The position numbers and the translations under genes are program-made. A DNA stretch of 64,000 bases from positions 1,687 to 65,686 of the forward strand of contig JAWUXM010000013.1 in the NCBI GenBank assembly GCA_034111325.1. Direction: 5' to 3'. Shown here piece by piece: positions 39,685-47,948 of this stretch (the first letter of the stretch is position 1; each line of letters begins with the position of its first letter). The notes under the pieces are model-generated. The model was not told the origin of the DNA and did no database searches. It saw only the letters and a program-made list of their open reading frames with translations. The DNA comes from Rickettsiales bacterium. Lineage in GTDB: Bacteria > Pseudomonadota > Alphaproteobacteria > Rickettsiales > JABIRX01.

Positions 39685-39855
39685 ATGTTTAAAATCAAAA
39701 GGTCAAAAGATGACCAATATTATTGGATATTAGTTGCAGCTAATGGCGAAACCCTTTGCCAAAGCGAAACTTACACTTCTAAACAATCTGCACTTAAAGG
39801 CATAGAATCTTGCAAAGTAAATGCAGCAAGTGCGGAGATTATCGACGAATCATAG
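39685..39855 (+). CDS. YegP/DUF1508-family small protein (56 aa; below the ORF-track cutoff)
   Basis: Hand-translated as MFKIKRSKDDQYYWILVAANGETLCQSETYTSKQSALKGIESCKVNAASAEIIDES. This fits the single-domain YegP pattern (F.I.....G.Y.F.L.A.NGE.I..SE.Y.SK..A..GIESVK.NA). Followed by a hairpin terminator. Confidence 0.7.
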   Translation: MFKIKRSKDDQYYWILVAANGETLCQSETYTSKQSALKGIESCKVNAASAEIIDES

Positions 39856-39874
39856 ATAATTAAACAAAAAAAAT

Positions 39875-39900
39875 GCGAGGCAAAAAGCCTCGCTATTTTT
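39875..39900. terminator. Bidirectional rho-independent terminator between yegP-like and rpmB
   Basis: GCGAGGC-AAAAA-GCCTCGC stem-loop (39875-39893), flanked by an A-run upstream and TATTTTT downstream. Confidence 0.6.
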
Positions 39901-39920
39901 ATAACACCTAAAAAGAAAAA

Positions 39921-40214
39921 CTAAGCTTGTACTTTTTTAGCTAAAGCTTTTTTAAGGCGAAGCTTAAGTTTTGCAGCTTGTTCAGGAAGTTTTGTTGTGC
40001 TAGTCTTAAGAAGGTAATTATCGATCCCGTCTTTTGACTCAACAGTACGAATAGCATTAACTGAAGCTCTAAAAGAGACCTTGCCAAGCCTATCGCTTAG
40101 GAAAGTAACAGTTTGTAGATTTGGTAAAAATTTACGTTTTGACTTACGGTTTGAGTGTGAAACCTTATGACCGAATTGTAATACTTTATTTGTTATATTG
40201 CACTTTTGAGACAT
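39921..40214 (-). CDS. rpmB: 50S ribosomal protein L28
   Basis: MSQKCNITNKVLQFGHKVSHSNRKSKRKFLPNLQ... is L28-like. The ATG at 40214 is preferred over the 20-codon longer tracked ORF. Confidence 0.92.
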   Translation of the reverse strand: MSQKCNITNKVLQFGHKVSHSNRKSKRKFLPNLQTVTFLSDRLGKVSFRASVNAIRTVESKDGIDNYLLKTSTTKLPEQAAKLKLRLKKALAKKVQA

Positions 40215-40320
40215 TCTAAAACTCTGTTTTGTAAATAGGAGGCTAGTTTTTATAGGATTAAGGAGAACAGTCAAGCAAAACTATACTACTGCGGCACATA
40301 CAATATCCATTACATCAACA

Positions 40321-40375
40321 AACCCTCACCTAACCTCTCCCCTATGATTAAGGGAGAGGGAGCTTTAACAGAATG
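40321..40375. repeat. PE-2 hairpin element
   Basis: AACCCTCACCTAACCTCTCCCCTATGATTAAGGGAGAGGGAGCTTTAACAGAATG is the near-exact reverse complement of 43762-43820. Confidence 0.75.
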
Positions 40376-40569
40376 TAAAAAGACTAATGCAAAGATGTAA
40401 ATTGAAAGAAGGTTATTTAGCAAAAAGGTGCAAAAAGACTAATGCGAAGATGTAAATTGAAGATTTTTGTGATGATTTTTGCTAAATGTCCTACTTGAAA
40501 GAGTGAACGTACAGCTTCGTACGTGACTCGAGTGAAAGAAGGTTATTTAGCAAAAAGGGTGCAAAAAGA
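40376..40569 (-). repeat. PE-1 inverted copy with an internal partial duplication, ending at the xthA stop codon
   Basis: AAAAAGACTAATGC[A/G]AAGATGTAAATTGAA occurs twice (about 40377 and 40432). AGAAGGTTATTTAGCAAAAAGG(G)TGCAAAAAGA also occurs twice (about 40407 and 40537). The full body spans about 40458-40569. Confidence 0.7.
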
Positions 40570-41370
40570 TCAATTTACGCTTAGTTCGCAAATCACTGGC
40601 GTATGATCAGAAGGCTTCTCCCAAGCTCTTGGCTCCGCATCAACATCACTCGCAACTAATAAATCTGCGGCTTGTGGCGAAAGAAGGAGGTGATCAATAC
40701 GCATGCCTTTATTATAGTTAAAAGCACCTGCACGATAATCCCACCAAGAGAATTGCTGTTTTTGTGGATGCATAGCCCGATATGCGTCAACCAAACCACT
40801 ATTTAACAAAGATCGGAATTTCTTGCGCTCATCAATATGGAAGCAGATCGAACCGGCCATATTAACAGGGTCATAAACATCTATTTCATTAGGAGCGACA
40901 TTATAGTCACCACCAAAAATTACTATTTCATCATAAGTTAAAATTTCAGCGACATGTTTTTGCAAAGCGTCGAAAAAACGCATTTTATAAGCAAATTTAT
41001 CAGAACCAGCCTCTTGCCCATTTGGCACATAAATCGACGCGACACGTACCGCAGCGCCGCCAACTGAAATCACCGCCTCAACATAACGAGCCTGCTTTAC
41101 ATCGCCTAAATCTTCAAAATTTGGCAACCCTTCAATTACTTCATCAATTGGATGTTTAGATAAAATCGCGACGCCATTATAGGTTTTCTGCCCAAGAACT
41201 GCAACATTATAGCCCAAATCCTCAACCTCCATAAATGGGAAATTATCAGTGATACATTTTAACTCTTGCAAAAGCAGCACATCAGGCGAGGCAGATTTTA
41301 GCCAGCTCACTAAATGAGTAAGGCGAGATTTGACTGAATTAACGTTCCAAGTGGCGATTTTGAATGTCAT
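40570..41370 (-). CDS. xthA: Exodeoxyribonuclease III
   Basis: IATWNVNSVKSR, LLQELK, GDYNVAP and the C-terminal SDHTPV motif; 266 aa. Confidence 0.92.
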   Translation of the reverse strand: MTFKIATWNVNSVKSRLTHLVSWLKSASPDVLLLQELKCITDNFPFMEVEDLGYNVAVLGQKTYNGVAILSKHPIDEVIEGLPNFEDLGDVKQARYVEAVISVGGAAVRVASIYVPNGQEAGSDKFAYKMRFFDALQKHVAEILTYDEIVIFGGDYNVAPNEIDVYDPVNMAGSICFHIDERKKFRSLLNSGLVDAYRAMHPQKQQFSWWDYRAGAFNYNKGMRIDHLLLSPQAADLLVASDVDAEPRAWEKPSDHTPVICELSVN

Positions 41371-41437
41371 AATTATTAAATATTTTTATTTACCCCTTCC
41401 CTAAACTATCCCCAAGGGGCGAGGTGGTTAAAAGGAT

Positions 41438-41860
41438 TTACAGATTTTTCATGAAGTGAAATCCCTCAATCGTAAACTCCTCCTTCATATAAAGCTTGTG
41501 TGAGTTTTTGTTAGTCACATAAGAATCTAACACTAGTTTTTTACAACCTTCGGCTTTTGCTCTTTTTTGAATGTAGTCGAGCAGTTTTGAACCAACTGCC
41601 ATTTGCCGATATTTTTTATCAACAATTATATTCATCACTTGTGCATATTTATCGCAATAAAACATTGTCGCAATAATATAGCCAGCAAGCCCGACAGGCT
41701 TGCCCTCTTCAAAGACAACGATCATTTTATAGCCTTGCTTTTCGACCATTTCAGTAAGTTTCGTCGTGAACTCCTTTTTGCTCATTTTTGGATAGAGCTG
41801 CCCAATAAGTTTAAAAAACGGCAGCATGTCTGATGTTGCTTGATATTCTGTGATTTGCAT
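41438..41860 (-). CDS. GNAT-family N-acetyltransferase
   Basis: 140 aa with an acetyl-CoA binding motif region (VDKKYRQMAVGSKLLDYIQKRAKAEGCKKLVL). Confidence 0.75.
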   Translation of the reverse strand: MQITEYQATSDMLPFFKLIGQLYPKMSKKEFTTKLTEMVEKQGYKMIVVFEEGKPVGLAGYIIATMFYCDKYAQVMNIIVDKKYRQMAVGSKLLDYIQKRAKAEGCKKLVLDSYVTNKNSHKLYMKEEFTIEGFHFMKNL

Positions 41861-41906
41861 GTTATTGTCCGTCCTCAGTTAAATTTGACTTATATATAAC
41901 AAAATC

Positions 41907-43109
41907 ATGACTAAAGACAACATAAAAAAAGTTGTCCTAGCCTATTCTGGCGGCTTAGACACATCGATCATTCTAAAGTGGTTACAGGATGAATATCAAT
42001 GCGAAGTAATCGCTTTTACCGCTGATATTGGTCAAGGTGAAGAAATTGAGCCTGCAAGGGAGAAAGCCTTAAAATTAGGCGCAAGCAAGGTTTTTGTGGT
42101 AGACCTAAAAGAAGAATTCGTTAAAGACTTTGTTTTCCCGATGATGCGGGCTAATGCGCTATATGAAGGCACATATCTACTCGGCACCTCAATTGCCAGA
42201 CCTTTAATTTCTAAAAAACAAATAGAAATCGCTAAAGAAGTCGGCGCTGATGCTGTTGCCCATGGCGCAACTGGCAAGGGTAATGACCAAGTTCGGTTTG
42301 AACTCGGCTATTATGCACTAAACCCAGATATTAAAGTTATCGCTCCTTGGAGAGAGTGGGATTTAGACACAAGGCAAAAACTCATCGATTACGCTGAAAA
42401 ACACAATATCCCTATCAGTAAGGATAAAAGAGGTGAAGCTCCATATTCTACCGATGCAAATTTACTGCATATTTCCTATGAAGGCAAAGTTTTGGAAGAC
42501 CCGTGGGAAAGCTATGATGACTCTATGCTACAAAGAGTTACGCCGCCAGAACAAGCACCTGACAAAGCGGAGATTATAGAAATCACTTTTGAAAAAGGTG
42601 ATGCTGTGGCGATAGATGGCAAAACTCTATCACCTGCAAATATACTCGATCAACTCAATAAAATCGGCGGCAGAAATGGCGTAGGAATTGACGATATCGT
42701 TGAAAATAGATATATCGGGATCAAGTCAAGAGGAGTTTACGAAACACCTGGAGGCACGGTTCTTTTAGCTGCCCATCGGGCGATTGAATCAATTACCTTA
42801 GATAGAGAGGCTGGTCATTTAAAAGATGAGCTCATGCCAAAATATGCATCGCTAATCTATAATGGTTATTGGTGGAGTCCTGAGCGGGAGATGCTCCAAG
42901 CGTTGATCGATAAATCACAAACTAACGTCTCGGGCGTGGTGAAAGTGAAGCTTTATAAGGGTAATGTCATCATATTAGGCAGAAAATCACCAAATAGTAT
43001 TTATGATGAGAACCTTGCAAGTTTCGAAAGCAACACTAACTATAATCAAGCAGATGCTGAAGGGTTTATTAAACTCAATTCGCTAAGGTTAAAGTTAAAC
43101 AAGAAATAA
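41907..43109 (+). CDS. argG: Argininosuccinate synthase (type 1)
   Basis: [23 protein letters not shown] and the SYEG motif; 400 aa. Confidence 0.96.
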   Translation: MTKDNIKKVVLAYSGGLDTSIILKWLQDEYQCEVIAFTADIGQGEEIEPAREKALKLGASKVFVVDLKEEFVKDFVFPMMRANALYEGTYLLGTSIARPLISKKQIEIAKEVGADAVAHGATGKGNDQVRFELGYYALNPDIKVIAPWREWDLDTRQKLIDYAEKHNIPISKDKRGEAPYSTDANLLHISYEGKVLEDPWESYDDSMLQRVTPPEQAPDKAEIIEITFEKGDAVAIDGKTLSPANILDQLNKIGGRNGVGIDDIVENRYIGIKSRGVYETPGGTVLLAAHRAIESITLDREAGHLKDELMPKYASLIYNGYWWSPEREMLQALIDKSQTNVSGVVKVKLYKGNVIILGRKSPNSIYDENLASFESNTNYNQADAEGFIKLNSLRLKLNKK

Positions 43110-43172
43110 GACACCACTTATACTCCCCTTAATAGAGGGGAATTGATCTCACTAATTTTTGATAGGGCACCT

Positions 43173-43730
43173 ATGTTTATCCAAACCGAAGAAACGCCAA
43201 ATCCATCAACGCTAAAATTCATTCCTGGAGTTAAAGTTATGCCAAGCGGCACAGCAGCATTCGCTAAAAAAGAAGATTGTAGCAACTCGCCATTAGCCAG
43301 TGCATTATTCGAATCACCATATGTAAAGGGTGTTTTTTTTGGCTCAGATTTTATCACTATTACCAAAGCTGAAGGTAAAGAATGGGACATTATAAAAACT
43401 GAGATTTTATCAATAATTATGGATCATTTCACAACTGGCGGTGAAGTGATGAATAGCGAGAAAACGGAACCTTCTGTTTCCAACGCAATCAATGATGATG
43501 ATGACGAGATCGTCAAACAAATCAAAGCCTTGATTGAAGAGCGTATCCGTCCTGCTGTTGCTATGGATGGCGGCGATATTGTCTTCCACAAATTTGAAGA
43601 TGGCGTTTTACATCTTGAAATGCACGGCGCTTGTTCTGGCTGCCCGAGCTCTGCGGTGACGCTTAAAAATGGCATAGAGAATATGTTGCAGCACTATGTA
43701 CCAGAAGTTCTACGCGTCGAAGCAATCTAG
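43173..43730 (+). CDS. NifU/Nfu-type Fe-S cluster scaffold protein (Nfu_N + NifU C-terminal domain)
   Basis: MFIQTEETPNPSTLKFIPG starts an Nfu_N domain. The C-terminal domain has GGDIVF...L.L.M.GACSGCPSS. The ATG at 43173 is preferred to the TTG at 43143. Confidence 0.87.
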   Translation: MFIQTEETPNPSTLKFIPGVKVMPSGTAAFAKKEDCSNSPLASALFESPYVKGVFFGSDFITITKAEGKEWDIIKTEILSIIMDHFTTGGEVMNSEKTEPSVSNAINDDDDEIVKQIKALIEERIRPAVAMDGGDIVFHKFEDGVLHLEMHGACSGCPSSAVTLKNGIENMLQHYVPEVLRVEAI

Positions 43731-43950
43731 TTTTTTGGTGCCTTTTTGCACCCTTTTTAGCATTCCGTTAAAGCTCCCTCTCCCTTAATCATAAGGGAGA
43801 GGGCTGGGGTGAGGGTTTGCAGGGTGTTAGGGTGAGGATAATTAGATGGACTCACTCACGCGGAACATTCACTAAAAATCATCACAAAAATTCTACCAAA
43901 ACACCCTAGATTTATACCTTCAGAATCCAAGATCGAAAATCTGAAGATTT
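43724..43950. repeat. Composite: a PE-1 copy split by a nested PE-2 element
   Basis: The PE-1 left end (AATCTAGTTTTTTGGTGCCTTTTTGCACCCTTTTTAGCA, 43724-43762) overlaps the last codon and stop of nfu. PE-2 lies at 43762-43820. The PE-1 right half (GAACATTCACTAAAAATCATCACAAAAATTCT...AGATTT) resumes at about 43862. Confidence 0.7.
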
Positions 43951-44083
43951 GCAACATCATATTGATTTAATAGCACATTTGCAAAGCAGCAAAGTTTAAC
44001 AAAAACCCTCTCAAAATTTACGCACTAGAAACTATTTCGATTTAGTTAAAAGAAAACTTTGACAGTTTATCTTATTTTTTAGA

Positions 44084-45064
44084 TCAAACCAACTCTTTTA
44101 ATGTCTTAATATTCAAATTTCGTACTGAATAAACTTTATCCATTTTTTCTAAGAAAGGTCTAGTTTTATATACTTCATCAGCAACAAAAATATATGTCCC
44201 ATGATTGGTAATGGTTTTTGCCTTCTCTTCATTCAAATCTAACCCTATAGTAATTTCTATACTAACATCTATTTTACTTGTAAGGGATGTTTTTATAAAT
44301 TGCTTATATCTTTCCCTTAAAGTTCTTTTTGCCCCGATTCCGTATGTTTTTTTATCGAGCTCAAAGAAAAAATCATATTCCGTACTTTTATCATTCTTAT
44401 CATGGATTTTTGTAATATTTTTTATGCCAGATTTGTTTAAAACAGAAAGTATCCTATTTTCATAATTCGACCCTGAATCAGATTTGATCGACTGGTCAAT
44501 GGATTCATTAAATATTAACATAAAAATTTGATTTGATTCCAAACCCTTCTTTTTAAGTTTTATTGCCGTCTTAGAAATATCTGCAATGATGTCACATGCA
44601 TTTTGAGACATGAAATTCACCTCTCCATTATTCAGCTTTTCAAAAAACAGCAATGCTAGCAATGCGCCGCTTACTCTGGCATTATAGGACTTTAATGCAG
44701 ATATTTTATCATATTCAAGTGATAAGGGGTGTAATTCCAGCAATTTACCCAGAGCTATAGTTCCTGATATTTTTGCTTCCTGTAATAATAAATCTTTAAT
44801 TTGGTATAGCTTTAGGCTAAAATCTAGGAGGTTTATGTCACTAGAATTTGCCAACCTTAAACCTATCTCCTTGACATGCTCAAGTTTAGACTGTGATTTG
44901 ACAAATATCTTTTCCAAACTTTCTATTAAAGCAGTTGGATTGCTTTTTAGAAGGTTGATATTTTCAATTATTAACATTGCTTGCGTATTTGCAGGCTTAA
45001 GCTTTAATATACTCTCTGCGAAGAAAGCAAACATTAAGTTAATATCTAATTTTCGAGCTCTCAT
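44084..45064 (-). CDS. PD-(D/E)xK-like nuclease (type II restriction endonuclease-like C-terminal core, helical N-terminal domain)
   Basis: 326 aa. The C-terminal third has SNYENRILSVL, EYDFFFEL and IGAKRTLRERYKQ. This resembles the K-x-T-x-[KR]-[DE]-R-[WY]-[KR]-Q signature of EcoRII-C/SsoII/NgoMIV/Cfr10I-class enzymes. ATGA overlap with the upstream HNH gene. Fold call is by motif only. Confidence 0.45.
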   Translation of the reverse strand: MRARKLDINLMFAFFAESILKLKPANTQAMLIIENINLLKSNPTALIESLEKIFVKSQSKLEHVKEIGLRLANSSDINLLDFSLKLYQIKDLLLQEAKISGTIALGKLLELHPLSLEYDKISALKSYNARVSGALLALLFFEKLNNGEVNFMSQNACDIIADISKTAIKLKKKGLESNQIFMLIFNESIDQSIKSDSGSNYENRILSVLNKSGIKNITKIHDKNDKSTEYDFFFELDKKTYGIGAKRTLRERYKQFIKTSLTSKIDVSIEITIGLDLNEEKAKTITNHGTYIFVADEVYKTRPFLEKMDKVYSVRNLNIKTLKELV

Positions 45065-45840
45065 AATAACTCTTTGTTAAAATAATTCTCCAAATGGTAG
45101 GCTAAAAAATCAAGATTTGGCAAAAATCTTTCAGGCAAGGATATCTTCTTCCCCTCAATTGGTTTGAAATATTTTTTAAAATAGTCTTTTTGATAAGATT
45201 TTTTTAGGTAATCCGAAAACACAATTGCATAACTTCTATCAAACCCTATCAATCCTCTATCAAAGCACTTATCGTAAAATGCATCAAGGCAAATACCATT
45301 TTCAGGATTTAATCGATTATTTTCATCATCGCCCCAAGGCTTAATATGACTAGCTATTAGTACAGAAGGCATATCTATACCTGAAATGGCACATTTATAA
45401 TTGTAATTTGCAAGAATAATTTTTCTAAATAAATTTTGATTTACTCTTGTTTTTACTATTCTTTCTTTTGTTAAACCTTTGAAATCCTTAATGTCTAAAA
45501 AATTGCGTTCATACTTTTTTTCTAATGTTTTGTTTTCCAATTTAGCTAGTATTAATTCACTTTCATACATTAAGTTTTCTCTATTACTAATGTATCTATC
45601 AAAAATTGGCTGACATTGTTTCTTCCCTCCTTTTAATCCCTTAATACCCCTGTTTTGATGAAATGGGTCAACATGAGCAAAATTAGACAGCCTCATTGCA
45701 ATTGATGATGGTGTCCTATTTAACAAATTAGCCAACTCCACGACTTCTGGTGTGCGATGATCCATCTTACCAAAAGGTAACCTTAAGTAGAGATTGAAAG
45801 TAACAATATATTCATGGTCTTGCCATATCTTGTTTTGCAT
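45061..45840 (-). CDS. HNH_2-type (PF13391-like) endonuclease with an N-terminal wHTH-like domain
   Basis: 259 aa. The C-terminal half reads RVNQNLFRKIILANYNYKCAISG...LIASHIKPW....NRLNPENGICL...YDKCFDRGLIGFD, the classic HNH_2 pattern (R.GQ..FR..V...Y...C...G.....L.A.HI.P........NGL.L....H..FD.G...). Confidence 0.7.
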   Translation of the reverse strand: MQNKIWQDHEYIVTFNLYLRLPFGKMDHRTPEVVELANLLNRTPSSIAMRLSNFAHVDPFHQNRGIKGLKGGKKQCQPIFDRYISNRENLMYESELILAKLENKTLEKKYERNFLDIKDFKGLTKERIVKTRVNQNLFRKIILANYNYKCAISGIDMPSVLIASHIKPWGDDENNRLNPENGICLDAFYDKCFDRGLIGFDRSYAIVFSDYLKKSYQKDYFKKYFKPIEGKKISLPERFLPNLDFLAYHLENYFNKELL

Positions 45841-45848
45841 TCAGTTCT

Positions 45849-45995
45849 TTAATTTTCTTCATAAGTCATTTGTGCGTATTTATCCCACTCCGAAGAAAAA
45901 ACACACTCCCCAAAAACACCCTCAAATCCAAGGCGTATGCCTCCAACGCCTGCGAAAAGATCAATAAATTTAAGGTTTTGGTTATTATTTATCAT
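45849..45995 (-). pseudogene. 5' stub (48 codons) of a DNA (cytosine-5)-methyltransferase
   Basis: Hand-translated as [48 protein letters not shown]. It contains C5-MTase motif I (F.DLFAG.GG) and the following [13 protein letters not shown] segment, as in M.HhaI/M.HpaII N-termini. It stops before the catalytic PC motif IV, 8 nt before the HNH gene ATG. Confidence 0.78.
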
Positions 45996-46093
45996 TTATA
46001 ATCATTATTTCCTTTTTGCTAACAACATTTTTTAGTGTAAAGTGCTAGCCTTATTTAGCATTGTTTTTTTCTCTGAATTATAACTATATAAGA

Positions 46094-47164
46094 TCAGATT
46101 TTTACGTAATGTCCCATTTTGCGGTTTGGACGTGCATCACGCTTCCCATAATCATAAGCCACAACGCCTGCTTGCGTACGTAATTCAGCTATTTGGCTGA
46201 TTTCATCGCCGATTAGATTGAACATTTCTGCCTTATGAATGAATGCGCTATCGCCAAACTCCATACCGCAAATAGCACGGATTGCTTGTTCAAACTGGCT
46301 AGCCTTGCATGCCTCAATGGTTAAGTGACCTGAATTATGCACACGTGGTGCGATTTCGTTAACTATCAGCTGCCCATCACGCACGAAGAACTCAATGGTT
46401 AGAACCCCGACAAAATCCAGCGCATTTGCGATTTTAACGGCTATTTCCTGCGCATTTCGGTTCAAACCCTCACTTATCAGTGCTGGCACCTTACTTTGCC
46501 TTAAAATGCCGCTTTCGTGGTGATTTTCGATTGCATCATAGCATAAAACTTCGCCAACGCTAGAGCGTGCGGCAATGATTGAAATTTCTTTCTGATAATT
46601 GATGAATTCTTCCAAAACTTTTGGTAATTTTGTTTCTGCTGCTTTTTGCCATATTGCAGCTAAATCATCACCCTGCTTGATTACGAATTGTCCTTTGCCA
46701 TCATAGCCATTTTCTGCGATTTTTAAGATTCCCCTACCACCAAAACCCTCAACTGCTTTGACAAAAGCTGCTTGGTCTCCAACCTCATGGAAATTTGCTA
46801 CATTAGTAATTTTGCTAATAAACTTCTTCTCACGCAGGCGATTTTGCGCAATAAAAACACTGTTTGAATTTGGACGCAAAATAGCGTGTTTTTCAATATA
46901 TTGCAAAGATTCAACAGGGATGTTCTCAAATTCTAATGTTACGACATCAACTGCCTTACAAAAAGCCGCCAGAGCCTTTTCATCATTATATTGTGCATTG
47001 GTTACATAGTCCGCGACATGATTTGCTGGCGAGTTAGCTTCAGGACAAAATATGTGAGTTTTATAGCCAAGTTTCTGCGCGGCTTGACTTAATAACATAG
47101 CGAGCTGCCCGCCGCCGATAATACCAATGATTTGCGGAGAAGAAGTGATAGTTTTATCAGACAT
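46094..47164 (-). CDS. purK: N5-carboxyaminoimidazole ribonucleotide synthase
   Basis: 356 aa. ATP-grasp fold with GIIGGGQLA at the N-terminus. purE-purK operon with a 1-nt overlap. Confidence 0.92.
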   Translation of the reverse strand: MSDKTITSSPQIIGIIGGGQLAMLLSQAAQKLGYKTHIFCPEANSPANHVADYVTNAQYNDEKALAAFCKAVDVVTLEFENIPVESLQYIEKHAILRPNSNSVFIAQNRLREKKFISKITNVANFHEVGDQAAFVKAVEGFGGRGILKIAENGYDGKGQFVIKQGDDLAAIWQKAAETKLPKVLEEFINYQKEISIIAARSSVGEVLCYDAIENHHESGILRQSKVPALISEGLNRNAQEIAVKIANALDFVGVLTIEFFVRDGQLIVNEIAPRVHNSGHLTIEACKASQFEQAIRAICGMEFGDSAFIHKAEMFNLIGDEISQIAELRTQAGVVAYDYGKRDARPNRKMGHYVKI

Positions 47165-47664
47165 TATTCTTGAGGAGTTTCAGGAATTGATGCAGTTTGT
47201 TTCTCACGCCAAACTTCAAGCTTTGTGGATAGCTTTTCATCACTTAAGGCTAAAATAGAGATTGCTTGTAACGCTGCATTTGTAGCGCCCGCTTTACCGA
47301 TTGCTAATGTACTAACTGGAATGCCAGCAGGCATTTGTACGATTGAGAGTAGGCTATCTAGGCCTTTAAGAGCTTTGCTTTTTATTGGCACACCTAAAAC
47401 TGGCAGAATAGTCATTGAAGCAACCATACCTGGTAAATGAGCTGCACCGCCGGCACCAGCAATAATGACTTTTATGCCGCGTGTTTGCGCGTTCTCAGAG
47501 AAATTAACTAGGCGTTTTGGCGTTCTATGTGCTGAGACAATCCGTGTTTCAAAATTTACACCAAATTCTGTAAGAATTTCAGAGGTTTTTTCCATTGTTT
47601 CCCAATCCGACTTGCTACCCATTATTATGCTAACAACCGGAGAGAATTTTGTATCAGTGCTCAT
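47164..47664 (-). CDS. purE: N5-carboxyaminoimidazole ribonucleotide mutase
   Basis: [16 protein letters not shown] and [10 protein letters not shown] motifs. Confidence 0.95.
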   Translation of the reverse strand: MSTDTKFSPVVSIIMGSKSDWETMEKTSEILTEFGVNFETRIVSAHRTPKRLVNFSENAQTRGIKVIIAGAGGAAHLPGMVASMTILPVLGVPIKSKALKGLDSLLSIVQMPAGIPVSTLAIGKAGATNAALQAISILALSDEKLSTKLEVWREKQTASIPETPQE

Positions 47665-47678
47665 GATTTTATTATAAA

Positions 47679-47891
47679 TTATGCAATTACGTCAGGATAG
47701 AGAAAACTATCTAACTCCTTAATTCTGGACTCTATAAGATTTTTTTGCAATGCTAAACTCACCAGCGTTTCAACATGTGTGCTCCTACTGTACTCTTGTT
47801 GAATTAAACGATCAATTTCTGTAACTTTCTCACGCAAAACCTTTAGCTCTGCCATGAATTTCCTTTCTTCCTGAAACATAACAACCTTCAA
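47679..47891 (-). CDS. Small coiled-coil protein, possibly YdcH/DUF465 family
   Basis: The pattern L..L..K..E.D..I..E........  L...K..L...I.EL loosely fits DUF465. Start is uncertain. Confidence 0.35.
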   Translation of the reverse strand: MKVVMFQEERKFMAELKVLREKVTEIDRLIQQEYSRSTHVETLVSLALQKNLIESRIKELDSFLYPDVIA

Positions 47892-47948
47892 AAATTGTTA
47901 ATAAATACTCATAACTCTATTGTAACACGAAAAACAACTCTTTGGAAA

